A stretch of 64,000 nt of DNA from Schmidtea polychroa (GCA_044892525.1 CM097888.1:35526001-35590000); one strand, 5' to 3'; shown: positions 1-12,153, counted from the stretch's first letter. Notes: a model not told the origin generated them from the sequence alone. A program made the numbers and translations.

Positions 1-364
1 TCCAAAACTCCTATTTAAAAATAATATAGTTTAAATGTTTTAAGTATGATCAGTTAGTTGAAACAACTATTTGTGTTAAATTTGTATATTAAAATCAATA
101 TTATATTAAAGTATATTAAAACATCAATATTAATAATTACCACGCCTAAGTGGTTTAAATTGTCAATAAAAACGAGAAAATCTAAAATTGTAATTATTAA
201 ATAAATTTTGAAAGAAGACTTAAATTTAATTGCATCTAACATTGAAAAAATTCTATATTTAAAAAAATTAATAGAAAATTATTAAAAATTAATTATAAAG
301 AATTGTTTGATTTTAATTTAATTTTGCATCAGGTAAAACATAAAACTTGATTATATTCAATCAC

Positions 365-1029
365 CTTGGCTTTCCCAAATTTTCTTGGGTCGCGGAGCAT
401 TTTGACAAATTGAGGCAAATTTAATATTCTTTGAAAAATTTTTTACATTTCAAGCGAAACTATTTTTATTGACCATTTGGAACATCTTTCGACTAATTTT
501 AAAAAATATTTTCCTGAAGAAGATATATTCAAGTATAATTGGGTACGAATGCCTTTTGATTTTAATGTTAAAGATTTAGACGAAAAATTTTTGAGTATAA
601 ATCAGTTTGAAGAAAATTTTTTGGAAATTCAAACCAGCCAAATGCTTCGTTATTATTTTCAAAAAAATAATTATTCACTTACTTCTTTCTGGATAAAATT
701 AAGAAATAAAAATCATTTAGTCGTCAAAGAAGCATTAAAAATTATACTCCCCTTTTCGACAACTTACATGTGTGAATCCGGGTTTTCGGCTTTTTGTGCA
801 ATTAAAACGAAATACAGGAACAGACTAGATCCATGAAATCGACATTAGATAAACTCTGACGAAAATAGTGCCAAAGTTTGAAGATCTTTTTAATAATAAA
901 AAATAATATTAAATTTTTAATTTAAAAAAAAAATTTTTGAGTACTTTAATTATTTAAAAATTTTTTTGGGTCGTTTGGAGAAATATTTTAGGATTTTGGG
1001 TCGTGACCAAAAATCCTTAAGAACCTCTG
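365..1029 (+). mobile_element. Internally deleted Charlie/Buster-type hAT transposon remnant (transposase C-terminal dimerization region, ORF 477..836)
   Basis: ORF has FWIKL...ALKIILPFSTTYMCESGFSAF..IKTKYRNRLD, typical of the Buster/Charlie hAT C-terminus. Right end ttaagaacctctg at ~1029, gggtcg subterminal motifs at ~387, ~968 and ~998, degenerate left end near 365. Left TSD not recovered. Confidence 0.7.
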
Positions 1030-2581
1030 TCCTAAAGGAATATTATTTCGTTCCGGTTTCCGGGTTTCGTTCTTCAAATTTTCTTGGTATCAGTTGCTTT
1101 CCAGAATAAAAAAATAAAATTTTTATTCAAGTTCTGTTCAACTTGAAAATAATCTACTTAATTGTTGTCATGTTTTAACTTTATTTTAGAATTTCAATAA
1201 GACGCTTTTGTGATAAATTTCCACTTTTTAGATTAAAGATTTCTCAAATTATGAGACAAACAGGAAAATGGAAAAAAATAGAAATTTATTTCATGTAAGT
1301 GTCATATCCTTTAGTGTTTCTTTATTGTTGCATTTATTTACACTTTAGATGTCATTCAAAATTAGATGCATCATTTCCAATTATATATTATTCGCCGAAA
1401 AGCTGACTCCTGGTATAGGCGATATAAGCAGCCGCTTAGCACGCCAAGTTTTAAAAATAAAAAATTTCTAAAGCAATAATCTTATGATAATACAAAATAC
1501 TATTTTCTAAAAATTTTATATTTAGCAAATTTATTATCTAAGTCTTCTGCTCCATACTAATTCAAAATCTCGACAGCAAGTATAAAGCTCCTAACAGCTC
1601 AAACCGGCCTGAAACCAAGTTCATCTTGTCGCGTCTATTATTTTTAATATAATTTTGACATTTTTATCGTACCTATCTAATATCTTTTGTAGTCTGTTTT
1701 TTCTAAAACGTGTTTTCATACCAATAAAACATTAATATATATAATGAAAAAATTTTAAAAATTAATTAGATACACTAATTGTTTTGCATAATGTCATTTT
1801 GCCATATGTCTCACGCTTTACTAGCCATGCAATGGGGTACCATTATAATTGACTGTCTAAGACCTTGTATTGCCTGTGGACGACTCTGATTCACCGCAGT
1901 AAATCTTAAGGAAAGGGCACATCTATCAATCCCCAAGGTTTCAATATTTAAAAATAAATATTACAAAAAAACGTAACATTTTTAGGATATGAAAGTATAC
2001 TGATTGAAACTTGTATGGTGTGTGTGAAAATAAAGTTTGAGTATGGTGACTCGTAATAGCTTAACAATGAAGCAGAGAACTTTTCGTTTTTACAGGAGAA
2101 AAATTCGAGAGAATATTTGAAGGTAAGATTGACATTCGTTAGGAAACTTGTAGGTGACCAGGGTAAAAAGATAGTTTGGTACAGAGGTTCTGCATAGCCT
2201 TGATAATTAGTAGATAAACCTTGTGCCCATAATCCATTCAATTGAATCAAATAAGACAAGTAACGAGAACAGGTAGAATAAAACTCGACTTAACGAAGCA
2301 GGAATCTAAACCTTGTCAATACTCATAAAAATTTATTCCTTTTATGTGTGTTTAGTAAATAAATGTTTGTAAGTCATGAGATTATTTTGCATGTTCTCTG
2401 GATGTGAAAAGAATGTCCTAAAATAGGGTGGTTGAATACTTTTTTGATTGTCTTGTGATGAAAATAATGTCATAATTTAATAAATCCCAGTTCCATTTAC
2501 GGATAATTAATGTAAATAATCTTAATGATATGTTTAAGACTATAACTAATAAAGTAGTTACAGTTTTCTTTCTTTCATTAA

Positions 2582-2879
2582 CCCCTTAACGCACGTTTTT
2601 TTTATACAACGGCAAAAATAAATCTTTTTTTATTATTGATAATTAACCTATGTCAATGCAAAAAAAATTATTTTTAATATTCAAATTAGTCAAACATAGT
2701 CAAAATGAATATAAATTATTATTTATTCAAAACTCAAATATATACATACCTGAATTCATAAATTTATTACACTGCCCGAGATATAATCGTTAGTGAATCT
2801 TAAACAAAACTCTCTCGGGCATGCACAAATTTGACAGTAACACTTATCCGAGTTACGCTCGGACATGTGCATTAAGGGG
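2582..2879. mobile_element. piggyBac-type non-autonomous element (MITE)
   Basis: TTAA at 2578-2581 and 2880-2883. TIR ccccttaacgcac vs reverse-complement ccccttaatgcac (12/13). No coding capacity. Confidence 0.8.
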
Positions 2880-3979
2880 TTAAATGAGTGGACCATCCAA
2901 ACATATTTTAATGTGTACATACTATAGGTAAGGCATTAGGAAATTAAATTCTTATAAAGCTGCGATCAATGTCTTGGAAGCCAAGATATTGCAACTAAGA
3001 GCTAAATTTGTTCCTTCAGAGAAGAAAAAAGAGTTATTCAAACAAATCGCCAAGCTAGCTAAAGCTCCAAAAAATTTAATTATTGAAAATAGGACTCTTA
3101 GAATCACAGTCAGAGAACAAAGTGCAACACTATATTGAATTTACGCAGAAACGAGAATTACAATCTTGTAAATACATAAGGATATTGATGTAATTCCTGC
3201 ATAGAGAATCCCTGACTTAGGACAGTTAGTCCCAAAATTTCTTTCAATATAATCAGAAATTTGTACCTCAATAAAGTGAAATTTTCTTTTGTATCCCTAT
3301 AATTTAGAATAGATAGAATCGTATTAGATAGCCCATGGGGTCATAGCTCCTGAAAATGTGCTCAGTGAAATAAGTGTCTTAGTGTACATAACCAAATAAT
3401 TGTTTTTGTTGAGAAATGAGCACAATGGAAATTTCAGGGAAATCGCACAGTGTTAATTAAGAGTAATGACTATTTGTGGCATCTAAATTTAATTTCACCG
3501 ACAACCCTTACACTTTCAAAATGTGTTCAGTTTTATTCGGCTGTCTGATTTGATGGTGCTTAAAACCAAGCCAGAACTAAACTTACAAATCTTGAATTTT
3601 AGCAAAGAAGTACTTTCAATAGTTTTCATTCAACTCTACATGAAAAATGTTCTAAGCATTAAATTGAATTGAATTATATTGGTTTATTTAGTAATTTCAT
3701 TTTTAACTTATTTTAAAAAAATAATTTGTAATCTTCAAATTGTAATAATAATAACATTAATAGTTCCACAAATTTCTATGAAATCTATTCAGTTAAACAA
3801 AATTAAACTTGTAGCAAATTATGGCATACAATTTCTTTCAACCAGTTAAAAATCGATAATTTCTTCCTCACACGAAATTCAAGCAAGAAATTGTTTGATT
3901 GGTCTAAGATGCGAAGCACTTAATTGTAGTGATAGTTTAAACAATTTAATTACAAAAAATTTTTCAGTAAAATTAAGAA

Positions 3980-4783
3980 ATGAAAAAATTATCAATAAAA
4001 AAAGCAAAATCAGAAATCAATCAAAAATTTAAATTGAAATTTTCGATTTCCGAAATTTTAAGCGATAGACAATCAAGAAAATCTCGAAAAATCTATCAAG
4101 ATTCGAATAGTTTCAAACGGCCATCATTGTCAACAGAATTATTGTGCCATTCATTGTTAACTGAGTCAAAATTGAATTCCGATTTCGATCTAAGAAATAT
4201 GTATTTTCAAAAAAACTCCTTCACTGATTTCATCAATGATTCCCGGTTTTCTGGATTCTTCCAAACTTCTTTTTTACAGCAGAACTCTGTTAGCGGAATA
4301 TCAGGTTGNNNNNNNNNNNNNNNNNNNNNNNNNNNNNNNNNNNNNNNNNNNNNNNNNNNNNNNNNNNNNNNNNNNNNNNNNNNNNNNNNNNNNNNNNNNN
4401 NNNNNNNNNNNNNNNNNNNNNNNNNNNNNNNNNNNNNNNNNNNNNNNNNNNNNNNNNNNNNNNNNNNNNNNNNNNNNNNNNNNNNNNNNNNAAGTTTGTG
4501 GACCGAATTTAACTCTCGATTCCAGTCAATGATATCCAATCCCACTGTATTCAAATCTTCAAACTCATCACCATTGACGTCTTTAACAAGAGAAACTGAA
4601 AAATCAAACCAATCATCTCAACAGGGGAAAATTAATAAAAACAGAAAAAGACGTCACCGAACTATTTTCAGTGAGCAACAACTTCAATTTCTCGAGAAAA
4701 CTTTTGAACTTACTCATTATCCTGACGTCAACACTCGGGAAGAGTTAGCGACGAGAGTGGACTTGCAGGAAGAAAGAGTCGAG
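3980..4783 (+). CDS. gsc: Goosecoid-like paired-class homeobox protein, coding exon 1 (contains N-gap 4309..4491)
   Basis: eh1 motif FSISEIL near the N-terminus. Homeodomain [46 protein letters not shown] (HRTIF...YPDV..RE.LA is Gsc-diagnostic). GT donor at 4784, at the classic paired-class position before VWF. Confidence 0.85.
4309..4491. other. Assembly gap (N run); further gaps at 6408..6539 and 11846..11986
   Basis: Runs of n in the sequence. Confidence 1.
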
Positions 4784-5612
4784 GTAGTGTCATATGAAAC
4801 TATAATTTTCAATATTAAATTAAAGTAGTTTACTAAATCTTCAACTAGAGGGATTACAGGAAAGCCTAGCTTTTGGCGATAGTTTTATTACGTGCACGTT
4901 AAGTGCATCGAGAATGGGAAAAAAGCATATGCAAATCTATAAACACATTTTAAAGGGGATTTAAGTTATTTTTCTTTTTTGATATCCCTTCCGGCCATTT
5001 CGACTAATCAGCTTTCAGATATCGTAAATAGGTCAAATTTTAATTATATCTTGTAAAGATGGAAAGATTTATCATTTTAAAATGAATTCCTGATATATCA
5101 AATACAAAATCGATTAAAATGAAATCAATTAATCGTGGATTATATTGAATGGAAATTTTATTTGTTTTAATTGTGTTCATTTAAATTTATTTATATTTTA
5201 ACTAAACAATATTTGATTTCGTTTTATAAAATTTTCAAATACTGAATATATTTTCATACAAATATAATTATTTAGAATTGTATTTTGGTGGAGTTTTATT
5301 TTCATAAAACCGAATAAAGGTAATTTGGGAGCCCGAGTGCAAAAGGAGTTTCAAATATCTTTTAATCTATATCGAGAGAAAAAACTATTAGATTGAAAAC
5401 AATATTTATTAAGTATCAAATTTTTATAATTATTATAACATTACTAAAACATAATTCTAATAATATTATTAATTTTTAATAACTACTCAAAGAAAAACAA
5501 TCATAATAGATGTATTTAATGGTTCCGCAAATTTGACTCAAAGAGGAATTAATTATGTTATTATGTTATTATGTTATAAAATATATTTATTATTATAATA
5601 GTATTAATTATT

Positions 5613-5748
5613 AAGTGATGATTTCTTGGTAGCAGCATTTATTATTTAAAACAATAAAATGATAATTTAAGCCTTTTGTTGCAAATAATGTATTTAATGA
5701 AAAAATTTTCGACTATAAGATAGTCCTTGTCAATCTCCTCAATCTCCT
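5613..5748 (+). repeat. Copy 1 of ~130-bp (ATT)n-associated repeat
   Basis: aagtgatgatttcttggtagcagcatttatt...gtccttgtcaatctcct followed by (ATT)n. Near-identical to 11987..12100 and to both arms of 6540..6733. Confidence 0.9.
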
Positions 5749-6539
5749 ATTATTATTATTTTTTTAATTTTTATTATTATTATACAAGTTTATTTATTCT
5801 CAATTATTCTACTTTGAAATTTTACTATCAAAATTTGAAGAATAACTTTTTATTTAAATGGGAAGTTTTCGAAATTATTCTTAGATAATTTAATAAATTA
5901 ATTCAGATTAAAAAGTTGTAGTAATATATTTGTAAATAATTAACCCAAGGCGAAACTTCAAGCACCTGCGCATACGTATGAATTGGCATAATGAATGATA
6001 ATTAGTAATTCATATTTTCTTAAATTTCGAAAATTCACTTCAACACTTTATCTCGTTTTTATGGGGAATTCAATTGTTTTATCATCCGAATAAAATTTTC
6101 ACAGATTTTAATTTAATTCCTCGCAATTTGTTTTAATGAATGAGAAAATTATTACCTGTTCTGTGTAACAGAGGCACAGAATTCTTCGCTTAACAAAACA
6201 GGTGTTCAGATGAACCAATTCTGATAATTTATTTTAAAAATAATTCGCTTAATAAAATTCTTTCAAGGTTATATTTTCAATTTATAAAAACAAATAAGTA
6301 ATTTTTCAATCATATTGATTTAGTTTGAAAACTATTTTTTATTTTGTGAATGTAGAACAATTATCTTTTTGTTGAAGTTTGATGTTAAAGTTTAATGAAT
6401 AATACCTNNNNNNNNNNNNNNNNNNNNNNNNNNNNNNNNNNNNNNNNNNNNNNNNNNNNNNNNNNNNNNNNNNNNNNNNNNNNNNNNNNNNNNNNNNNNN
6501 NNNNNNNNNNNNNNNNNNNNNNNNNNNNNNNNNNNNNNN

Positions 6540-6733
6540 TTTAAGCCTTTTGCTGCAAATAATGTATTTAATGAAAAAATTTTCGACTATAAAATACTCC
6601 TTGTTAATCTATCTTATAAGGACTATCTTAGAGTCGAAAATTTTTTCATTAAATACATTATTTGCAGCAAAAGGCTTAAATTATCATTTTATTGTTATAA
6701 ATAATAAATGCTGCTACCAAGAAATCATCACTT
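6540..6733. repeat. Foldback (head-to-head) copy of the same repeat, followed by (TAT)n to ~6807
   Basis: Forward arm ttaagccttttgctgcaaat...tccttgttaatct, then reverse arm aaggactatc...aaaaggcttaa...ctaccaagaaatcatcactt. The left part runs into the N-gap. Confidence 0.9.
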
Positions 6734-6735
6734 TA

Positions 6736-6807
<72 letters not shown>

Positions 6808-7415
6808 CACTTGAAAAAGGCTGTGGCGAAAATTTGTGAATATCAAATAACATCAATATCTTTACTGATTCATAGTCAATTTTTAAAAAATATAATGTCA
6901 ATTGAAAATGAAAAGAAATAAGAGGTGATATAAAGAATTGGAAAAAAATAAAACATATAAAACTAATTTTAATAAAGAAAATAATCGATAGGACCTAATG
7001 TTACATTAAAAAAGATCTTTAATAATTAATCAAAAAACTAACCCATAACAAAAATGAGAGTATATTTACATCGAATAAGACCATCTGACATTAAATAGGA
7101 CATTATGTACTAAAGCACATAAATTACGGGATAATAATAATTTATATATTAAAAAATATACACACCTACTTGATATAAATACAGAAATTGTGGGTAATTG
7201 GTATATTATATATATTATATACCAATTATTGTGAATCAAATACTTTCGGTAAATAAACTAAAACACAAACACATACACTGCGCACAATAAAAATTACACA
7301 CAAAGTAACAATAACTATGTGCACAATTATTGCGGGCCTTTTTAATTATGAAAAAGCTATAATTTAAATGCACACTATTATGATGTTTGTATACGTTAAT
7401 ATTTGCAACTTATAA

Positions 7416-7742
7416 CTAATTGGGGTACCCGGCGTTGCACGATTTAAAAAATAGTAAACAGATTCAAAATAAAGAAATTTATTTCGATACATTTATTTAA
7501 AAAAAATAATTTAAAAAATACAGAAATTTAATTAAAACAAAGTACATGCAATTTATATATCACTTATGATAAAGCTTGTAGATAGACTATATTTTTGGTT
7601 TTTCCTTCTGGTGCAAAAAACAGCCTATGACCTGTCTCGAGTCAAATGAGGATCACATGCAAAATTTCAGCACCCTAGGTCCAACGGTGGAGAATTGTAT
7701 GGGTAACACACAAACAAACTTTCATCTTTATATATTAGAAGA
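7416..7742 (-). mobile_element. Non-autonomous Helitron-like element
   Basis: Minus strand begins A|TCTTCTAATATATAAAG and ends with a degenerate hairpin (gtgcaacgccgggtacc) plus TTAG|T. Inserted between A and T, with no TIR or TSD. Confidence 0.65.
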
Positions 7743-8049
7743 TATTTATAAATCACAATTAAATTTTGCAAATTATAATAAATAATTTATTTCGGTTTTT
7801 GAAAAGCATGTTTTTGTTCGTTTATTTACAGTTGGTTTTACATTATCTAAATCAAAACACGGTTAATTAATGTTTATATCATTAATATTTGTAAACTGTA
7901 ATTAATGATTAATTTTTGTGAATTAAATTTATTTCACTATATTACATTCCAAAACTTTAATCATAATTGAACTGTCCTAAGAGAAAAATGCAAAAAAAGC
8001 TATAATATTGTTTTTCGGTAAGTGAAAATCTAGAAGAGCTGAAACCCAA

Positions 8050-8315
8050 AAGAGAAAGAAAAAATTTAACAAAGATTAGACAAAAGAAAGTGTTTACTAA
8101 TTTAAATGAAGCAGAAGACTTTATAAAAAGTGAAAAAAGTGGACTTGTTTTAGTAGTAATAGAACAGAAGAAGAAAAAAGAAATACTCCCGCTGTAAAAT
8201 TGTTAAATTCCTTGGCGAACAATATTCAGCTTCAGTTTATTTTTGTTATGAACCAGTCTATGATGACGTCACACTATTCAGATCAAAAGAGGGGTATGAT
8301 TACAACATAAAAACA
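8050..8315 (+). pseudogene. Degraded Mutator(MULE)-like transposase N-terminal fragment
   Basis: Frameshifted translation EAEDFIKSEK/WTCFSSNRTEEEKRKYSRCKIVKF..QYSASVYFCYEPVYDDVTLFRSKEGYDYN resembles the WRKY-like zinc-finger region of invertebrate MULE transposases (my recognition, not a search). Confidence 0.45.
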
Positions 8316-8948
8316 AAAAAACAATACAGAAATACTCTGTCATATAGCAATCTTCTTATCTTTGTTGAAGTGCAAAATATCGATAATGGGATTCGGTCCT
8401 TTGCTGTCATCCTTGATAAGACAGTAACACATTTTTACATTTATTGAATTGGACTTTACTTTTATTTAAATTTAAAAGTTATAAAAATAACGTACACTCT
8501 TAAAATATCGAAAAACGCAACAAATATATTATAGTATATGAATTATGAAAATAAATTAGAAAACGCGCGAGAATGAAAGAGACAAGTAGACAACTTAAAT
8601 AATATTGTTCAAGCATGCGCAATGCTAATTAAACATTAAAATGTGAAATAAAAAATCAAATTTACTAGAAAATAAAATGACGAAGGAAGGTAAAATAATA
8701 TATAAATTTTTATTTGAAATGAACGAATGAAAAAAATCATAAAATCGATTATTGCGGCCATCAAAATCGATAAATAATTTACTGTAAAATACCCGATTAA
8801 TCGGTTTTGCAATCAATATTCACAGTATGTTTTTTCTCCAATAACTTCAAGAAAATTAATTAAGCAAATAAAATAGTTGAATATTTATCAAATAAAGGTA
8901 ATCCAATCCTCAGCTAATCTGATGGTAGGACCTTTTACTGTCGTAAAT

Positions 8949-9030
8949 CGGGCTTGCAAATTTACCGACTTTTTCAATTACCGGTAATTCGGTAATTTAT
9001 GTGGAAAAAACCGGTAATTTACCGGTAATT
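8949..9030. repeat. hAT terminus-like sequence with subterminal TTACCG/CGGTAA repeats
   Basis: gggcttgcaaatttaccg...ttaccggtaattcggtaa...ccggtaatttaccggtaa lies just 3' of the transposase stop. No inverted partner found upstream of the ATG. Confidence 0.65.
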
Positions 9031-9202
9031 TTGAGAGTATTTTAGTTAGTTGATATTTTATTCAAACTAATTACTTATAATATGTTTTATAAAATTCAAG
9101 TCAGTTATTTTATTAATTCATTCTTTTATTTTATTAATTCATAATCATAACATTATAATATATAAAAAAAGTATAAACGCAAATTAGAAAAAAATTAAAA
9201 CT

Positions 9203-11161
9203 TCATTTCAACTCTTGTTTTTGATTAAAATACTGCCTTAAAAAACACATTGTGTTTAACGTGTTATCATTTAAGCTCGACCTCAACTTGGTGCAGATCA
9301 GACCGGCTGCTGAAAACGCGCGCTCCGATTCGACACTTGTCGGTCGAACAGTCAACAACATTTGAAATGCTTTCTCTAAATATTTACCTCGGATGTTATG
9401 TTCTTGGAAAAAGTCCATTTCCTTTTTAATAATGTTTGCTAATCCTTTACCTTTAGGTGATTTTGGGCGAGTACTTTCCAAATTCGATTTATTCATCTTC
9501 TGCTGAATTGTAAGTTGCAGCTTTTCTTTCATTGTTAACGCTGGCGATGCTGATGTTGACGGAGTTGCAAGCTCATCTGAAGTACATGTTTCTGAATCTG
9601 AAATTTCAGTTTCAGACTCTTCATTTAACGTAAACCGTTCAAGTAATTCAACGATTTTTTTTATTATCAATGGTTTTGTTGTTTTATTGAATATTTCATA
9701 ATTATCATCGTCATTTCTTATTCTTACATTAATTACATTTGGATCATGGAGATAGTGCAAAATATCTGCACAAATGTTTCTCCTTTCTTTAATACGTATA
9801 ATTAGAGATTCTTTAAGTTCTTTACTTAAAAGTGTGTTTTGCACACTAAGCTCATCTAACATAAATTTTATTGTTATATCTGAAACATATAAATTAACGT
9901 CTTCTCGACATAGTGCTTCCACAGCAAGTTTTACTGGTTGCAATGATGCAAATATATTTTTAAGTAAAACAACTTCATTTTCGCTGAAACTTAACTCGGA
10001 TTTAATGTCGAATAAACTTTTTCTTATTGCACTTTCAACTTTGCAGAATCTCTCTAGCATTGCACAAAGACTATTCCATCTGGTTTTTGAGTCTATGATC
10101 AAGGATAGCTCTTTGTTAAATTCTTCCTTAATATTCTTCTGTAAATTGTCGTTCTTTGTAGGGGATCTGCGAAACAATACAACAACTTTTCTAATTTTTG
10201 TTATTAGAGGACTTATTTCTTCATGTTGAACATCAATACAAGTGGGTACCGTATTAATTACTTCAAAGCCCACTTCATCTTCTTCGGAAATGCCTTCTTC
10301 ACTTTCTAAATCGGTTTCTGTTTCATCCACAATACTTACTTCCTCTATATGAATATCGCTCATGTCTTTTTTACGATATAAAACATTAATGACGGCTAGC
10401 TGAATGCCGTGTGCTAAACACAATTGATGATTAGCATTAATCAACGAACCTACTTTCTTCATCACCGAAGCACCATCAGTTGTTAATGAAAAAGTGTTGT
10501 CTAAAGTTAGTTTGAACTCATTTAACTTATTTTGCAACAGCGTTATACATTTATCAACTGGAATCGAACCATGTACTCTCACAAGACCCAAGTTCCAAAA
10601 GCGGTCATTTCCATGAACGTTTATGTTCATATATCGTCGATTCTTAACAGACGTCCACTCGTCAAACGTCAAACTGAATACACTATTATTAGCTTTTCGG
10701 TTGGATAAATCTTCAACCACTTGTTTGCGAATTTTATCCCCATAGTCCATTACAATTTTTTTGATCGTATGGGAAGATCTTGGTACTTCTTTATTATATT
10801 TAGCTTTAATTAGTACTCGGATATCGTAGGATGTGGCAACTCTATAAAACGGTATATTATCTTTTGCTGTCAAACGCGCGAGAACAGCTGGAAGTGAATC
10901 ATCAACCTTTTTTATAAAGAAATTTGATATATTATTGTTTGTAGTGCTAGCGATGACTTTGTTTGTAATTTGACTAGATGATGCCAAATCACTCTCGTCA
11001 TCTTTTCTCTTCAATAGATTAATTTTATGCTGAGATTTAAGATGGGCATGCAAACCGCTAGTGCTACCACCAACACATTTAATCGGTTTCGCACAACTAT
11101 TGCAGACGGCTTCATTCTTATTTGTTTCTTTGAAATAGGTCCATATTAAATTTGTACGCAT
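9203..11161 (-). CDS. Intact hAT (Ac-like) transposase with BED zinc finger, 652 aa, inside the gsc intron
   Basis: BED finger W.YF...C..C...STSGLHAHL..QH; catalytic D (LTFDEWTS) and D (TTDGAS); CLAH; TRWNS; E in TSVESERAFS; dimerization tail. No stops or frameshifts. Confidence 0.92.
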   Translation of the reverse strand: MRTNLIWTYFKETNKNEAVCNSCAKPIKCVGGSTSGLHAHLKSQHKINLLKRKDDESDLASSSQITNKVIASTTNNNISNFFIKKVDDSLPAVLARLTAKDNIPFYRVATSYDIRVLIKAKYNKEVPRSSHTIKKIVMDYGDKIRKQVVEDLSNRKANNSVFSLTFDEWTSVKNRRYMNINVHGNDRFWNLGLVRVHGSIPVDKCITLLQNKLNEFKLTLDNTFSLTTDGASVMKKVGSLINANHQLCLAHGIQLAVINVLYRKKDMSDIHIEEVSIVDETETDLESEEGISEEDEVGFEVINTVPTCIDVQHEEISPLITKIRKVVVLFRRSPTKNDNLQKNIKEEFNKELSLIIDSKTRWNSLCAMLERFCKVESAIRKSLFDIKSELSFSENEVVLLKNIFASLQPVKLAVEALCREDVNLYVSDITIKFMLDELSVQNTLLSKELKESLIIRIKERRNICADILHYLHDPNVINVRIRNDDDNYEIFNKTTKPLIIKKIVELLERFTLNEESETEISDSETCTSDELATPSTSASPALTMKEKLQLTIQQKMNKSNLESTRPKSPKGKGLANIIKKEMDFFQEHNIRGKYLEKAFQMLLTVRPTSVESERAFSAAGLICTKLRSSLNDNTLNTMCFLRQYFNQKQELK

Positions 11162-11357
11162 GATGGCTAAAAGATTTTTTGGTTTTAAATAACGAATAAA
11201 TTAGTATTTTTTGTATTACCTTACCTTTATTTTTACGACTCGTAATTCAACAACTGGTCATTTATGCATAAATATTACAAAGCATTTTAAATAGAAAAAT
11301 ATTTTTAAAATGTCACTTGGATTTTATGTAAATATTTTAATTTCAGCATAATTTTAG

Positions 11358-11423
11358 GTTTGGTTTAAAAATCGCCGAGCTAAATATAGAAAACAAAAGA
11401 AGGAAATTGAAAAACAAAATTGA
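11358..11423 (+). CDS. gsc: Goosecoid-like protein, coding exon 2 (helix 3 with K50 and C-terminus)
   Basis: ttttag acceptor, then VWFKNRRAKYRKQKKEIEKQN*. Joins exon 1 in phase 0 to complete the homeodomain (intron 4784..11357). Confidence 0.85.
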   Translation, partial: VWFKNRRAKYRKQKKEIEKQN

Positions 11424-11986
11424 ATTTCAAGACCCAGATGAAAATGTTGATTTGTTGATGTTAAAACTGATTGTTTTATTCAATTGAATATGAATTAGAC
11501 AAAATTCATTCAGCATCTAATTGAGATTATAATTACTTATTTAATTATAAACATTTCTAAGGATTTCATCTATTACTATTAATAAGACTTCTTTTAGAAA
11601 TATTAAGTGGTAATTTTATTTAATCGTATTATTTTTGTTTAAATTTGAAATTATAATTATTAGCTGGTTGATATTCGGGATATTTAAATTCTTTTGAGTG
11701 TCGCATTTTATACAAAGTTTGTTATATTTAATATCGAATTTATGTGAAACTTGGGATCATATGCAACTGCCACCACTGATACATAATAATTATAATTATA
11801 ATAATAATTATTATTATTTTAAAACAATTAAATGATAATTTAAATNNNNNNNNNNNNNNNNNNNNNNNNNNNNNNNNNNNNNNNNNNNNNNNNNNNNNNN
11901 NNNNNNNNNNNNNNNNNNNNNNNNNNNNNNNNNNNNNNNNNNNNNNNNNNNNNNNNNNNNNNNNNNNNNNNNNNNNNNNNNNNNNN

Positions 11987-12099
11987 TTGGTAGCAGCATT
12001 TATTATTTAAAACAATAAAATGATAATTTAAGCCTTTTGCTGCAAATAATGTATTTAATGAAAGAATTTTCGACTATAAGGTAGTCCTTGTCAATCTCC

Positions 12100-12100
<1 letters not shown>
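11987..12100 (+). repeat. Copy 3 of (ATT)n-associated repeat, followed by (ATT)n to ~12148
   Basis: Near-identical to 5627..5739 and directly follows an N-gap. Confidence 0.9.

Positions 12101-12153
<53 letters not shown>

Noticed and set aside
1190-1410. Two exon-like segments with GT/AG borders after a ttccgg-rich stretch
   Set aside because: Joined peptide is ~55 aa, ends quickly and resembles nothing I recognise.
3700-3980. TAATnnnATTA and TAATCC-like homeodomain sites near gsc
   Set aside because: Expected by chance in DNA this AT-rich; no conservation data.
4784-4828. C-terminal [14 protein letters not shown] of ORF 3980..4828
   Set aside because: Read-through into the intron; the true continuation is at 11358.
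6550-6921. 123-aa ORF with poly-Tyr
   Set aside because: Product of the foldback repeat plus the (TAT)n microsatellite.
9774-10229. Antisense ORFs over real genes (also 17631..17822, 18061..18367, 19114..19737, 19882..20166, 26580..26858, 44231..44572)
   Set aside because: Shadow frames of transposase or SPT16 coding sequence, with no motifs of their own.
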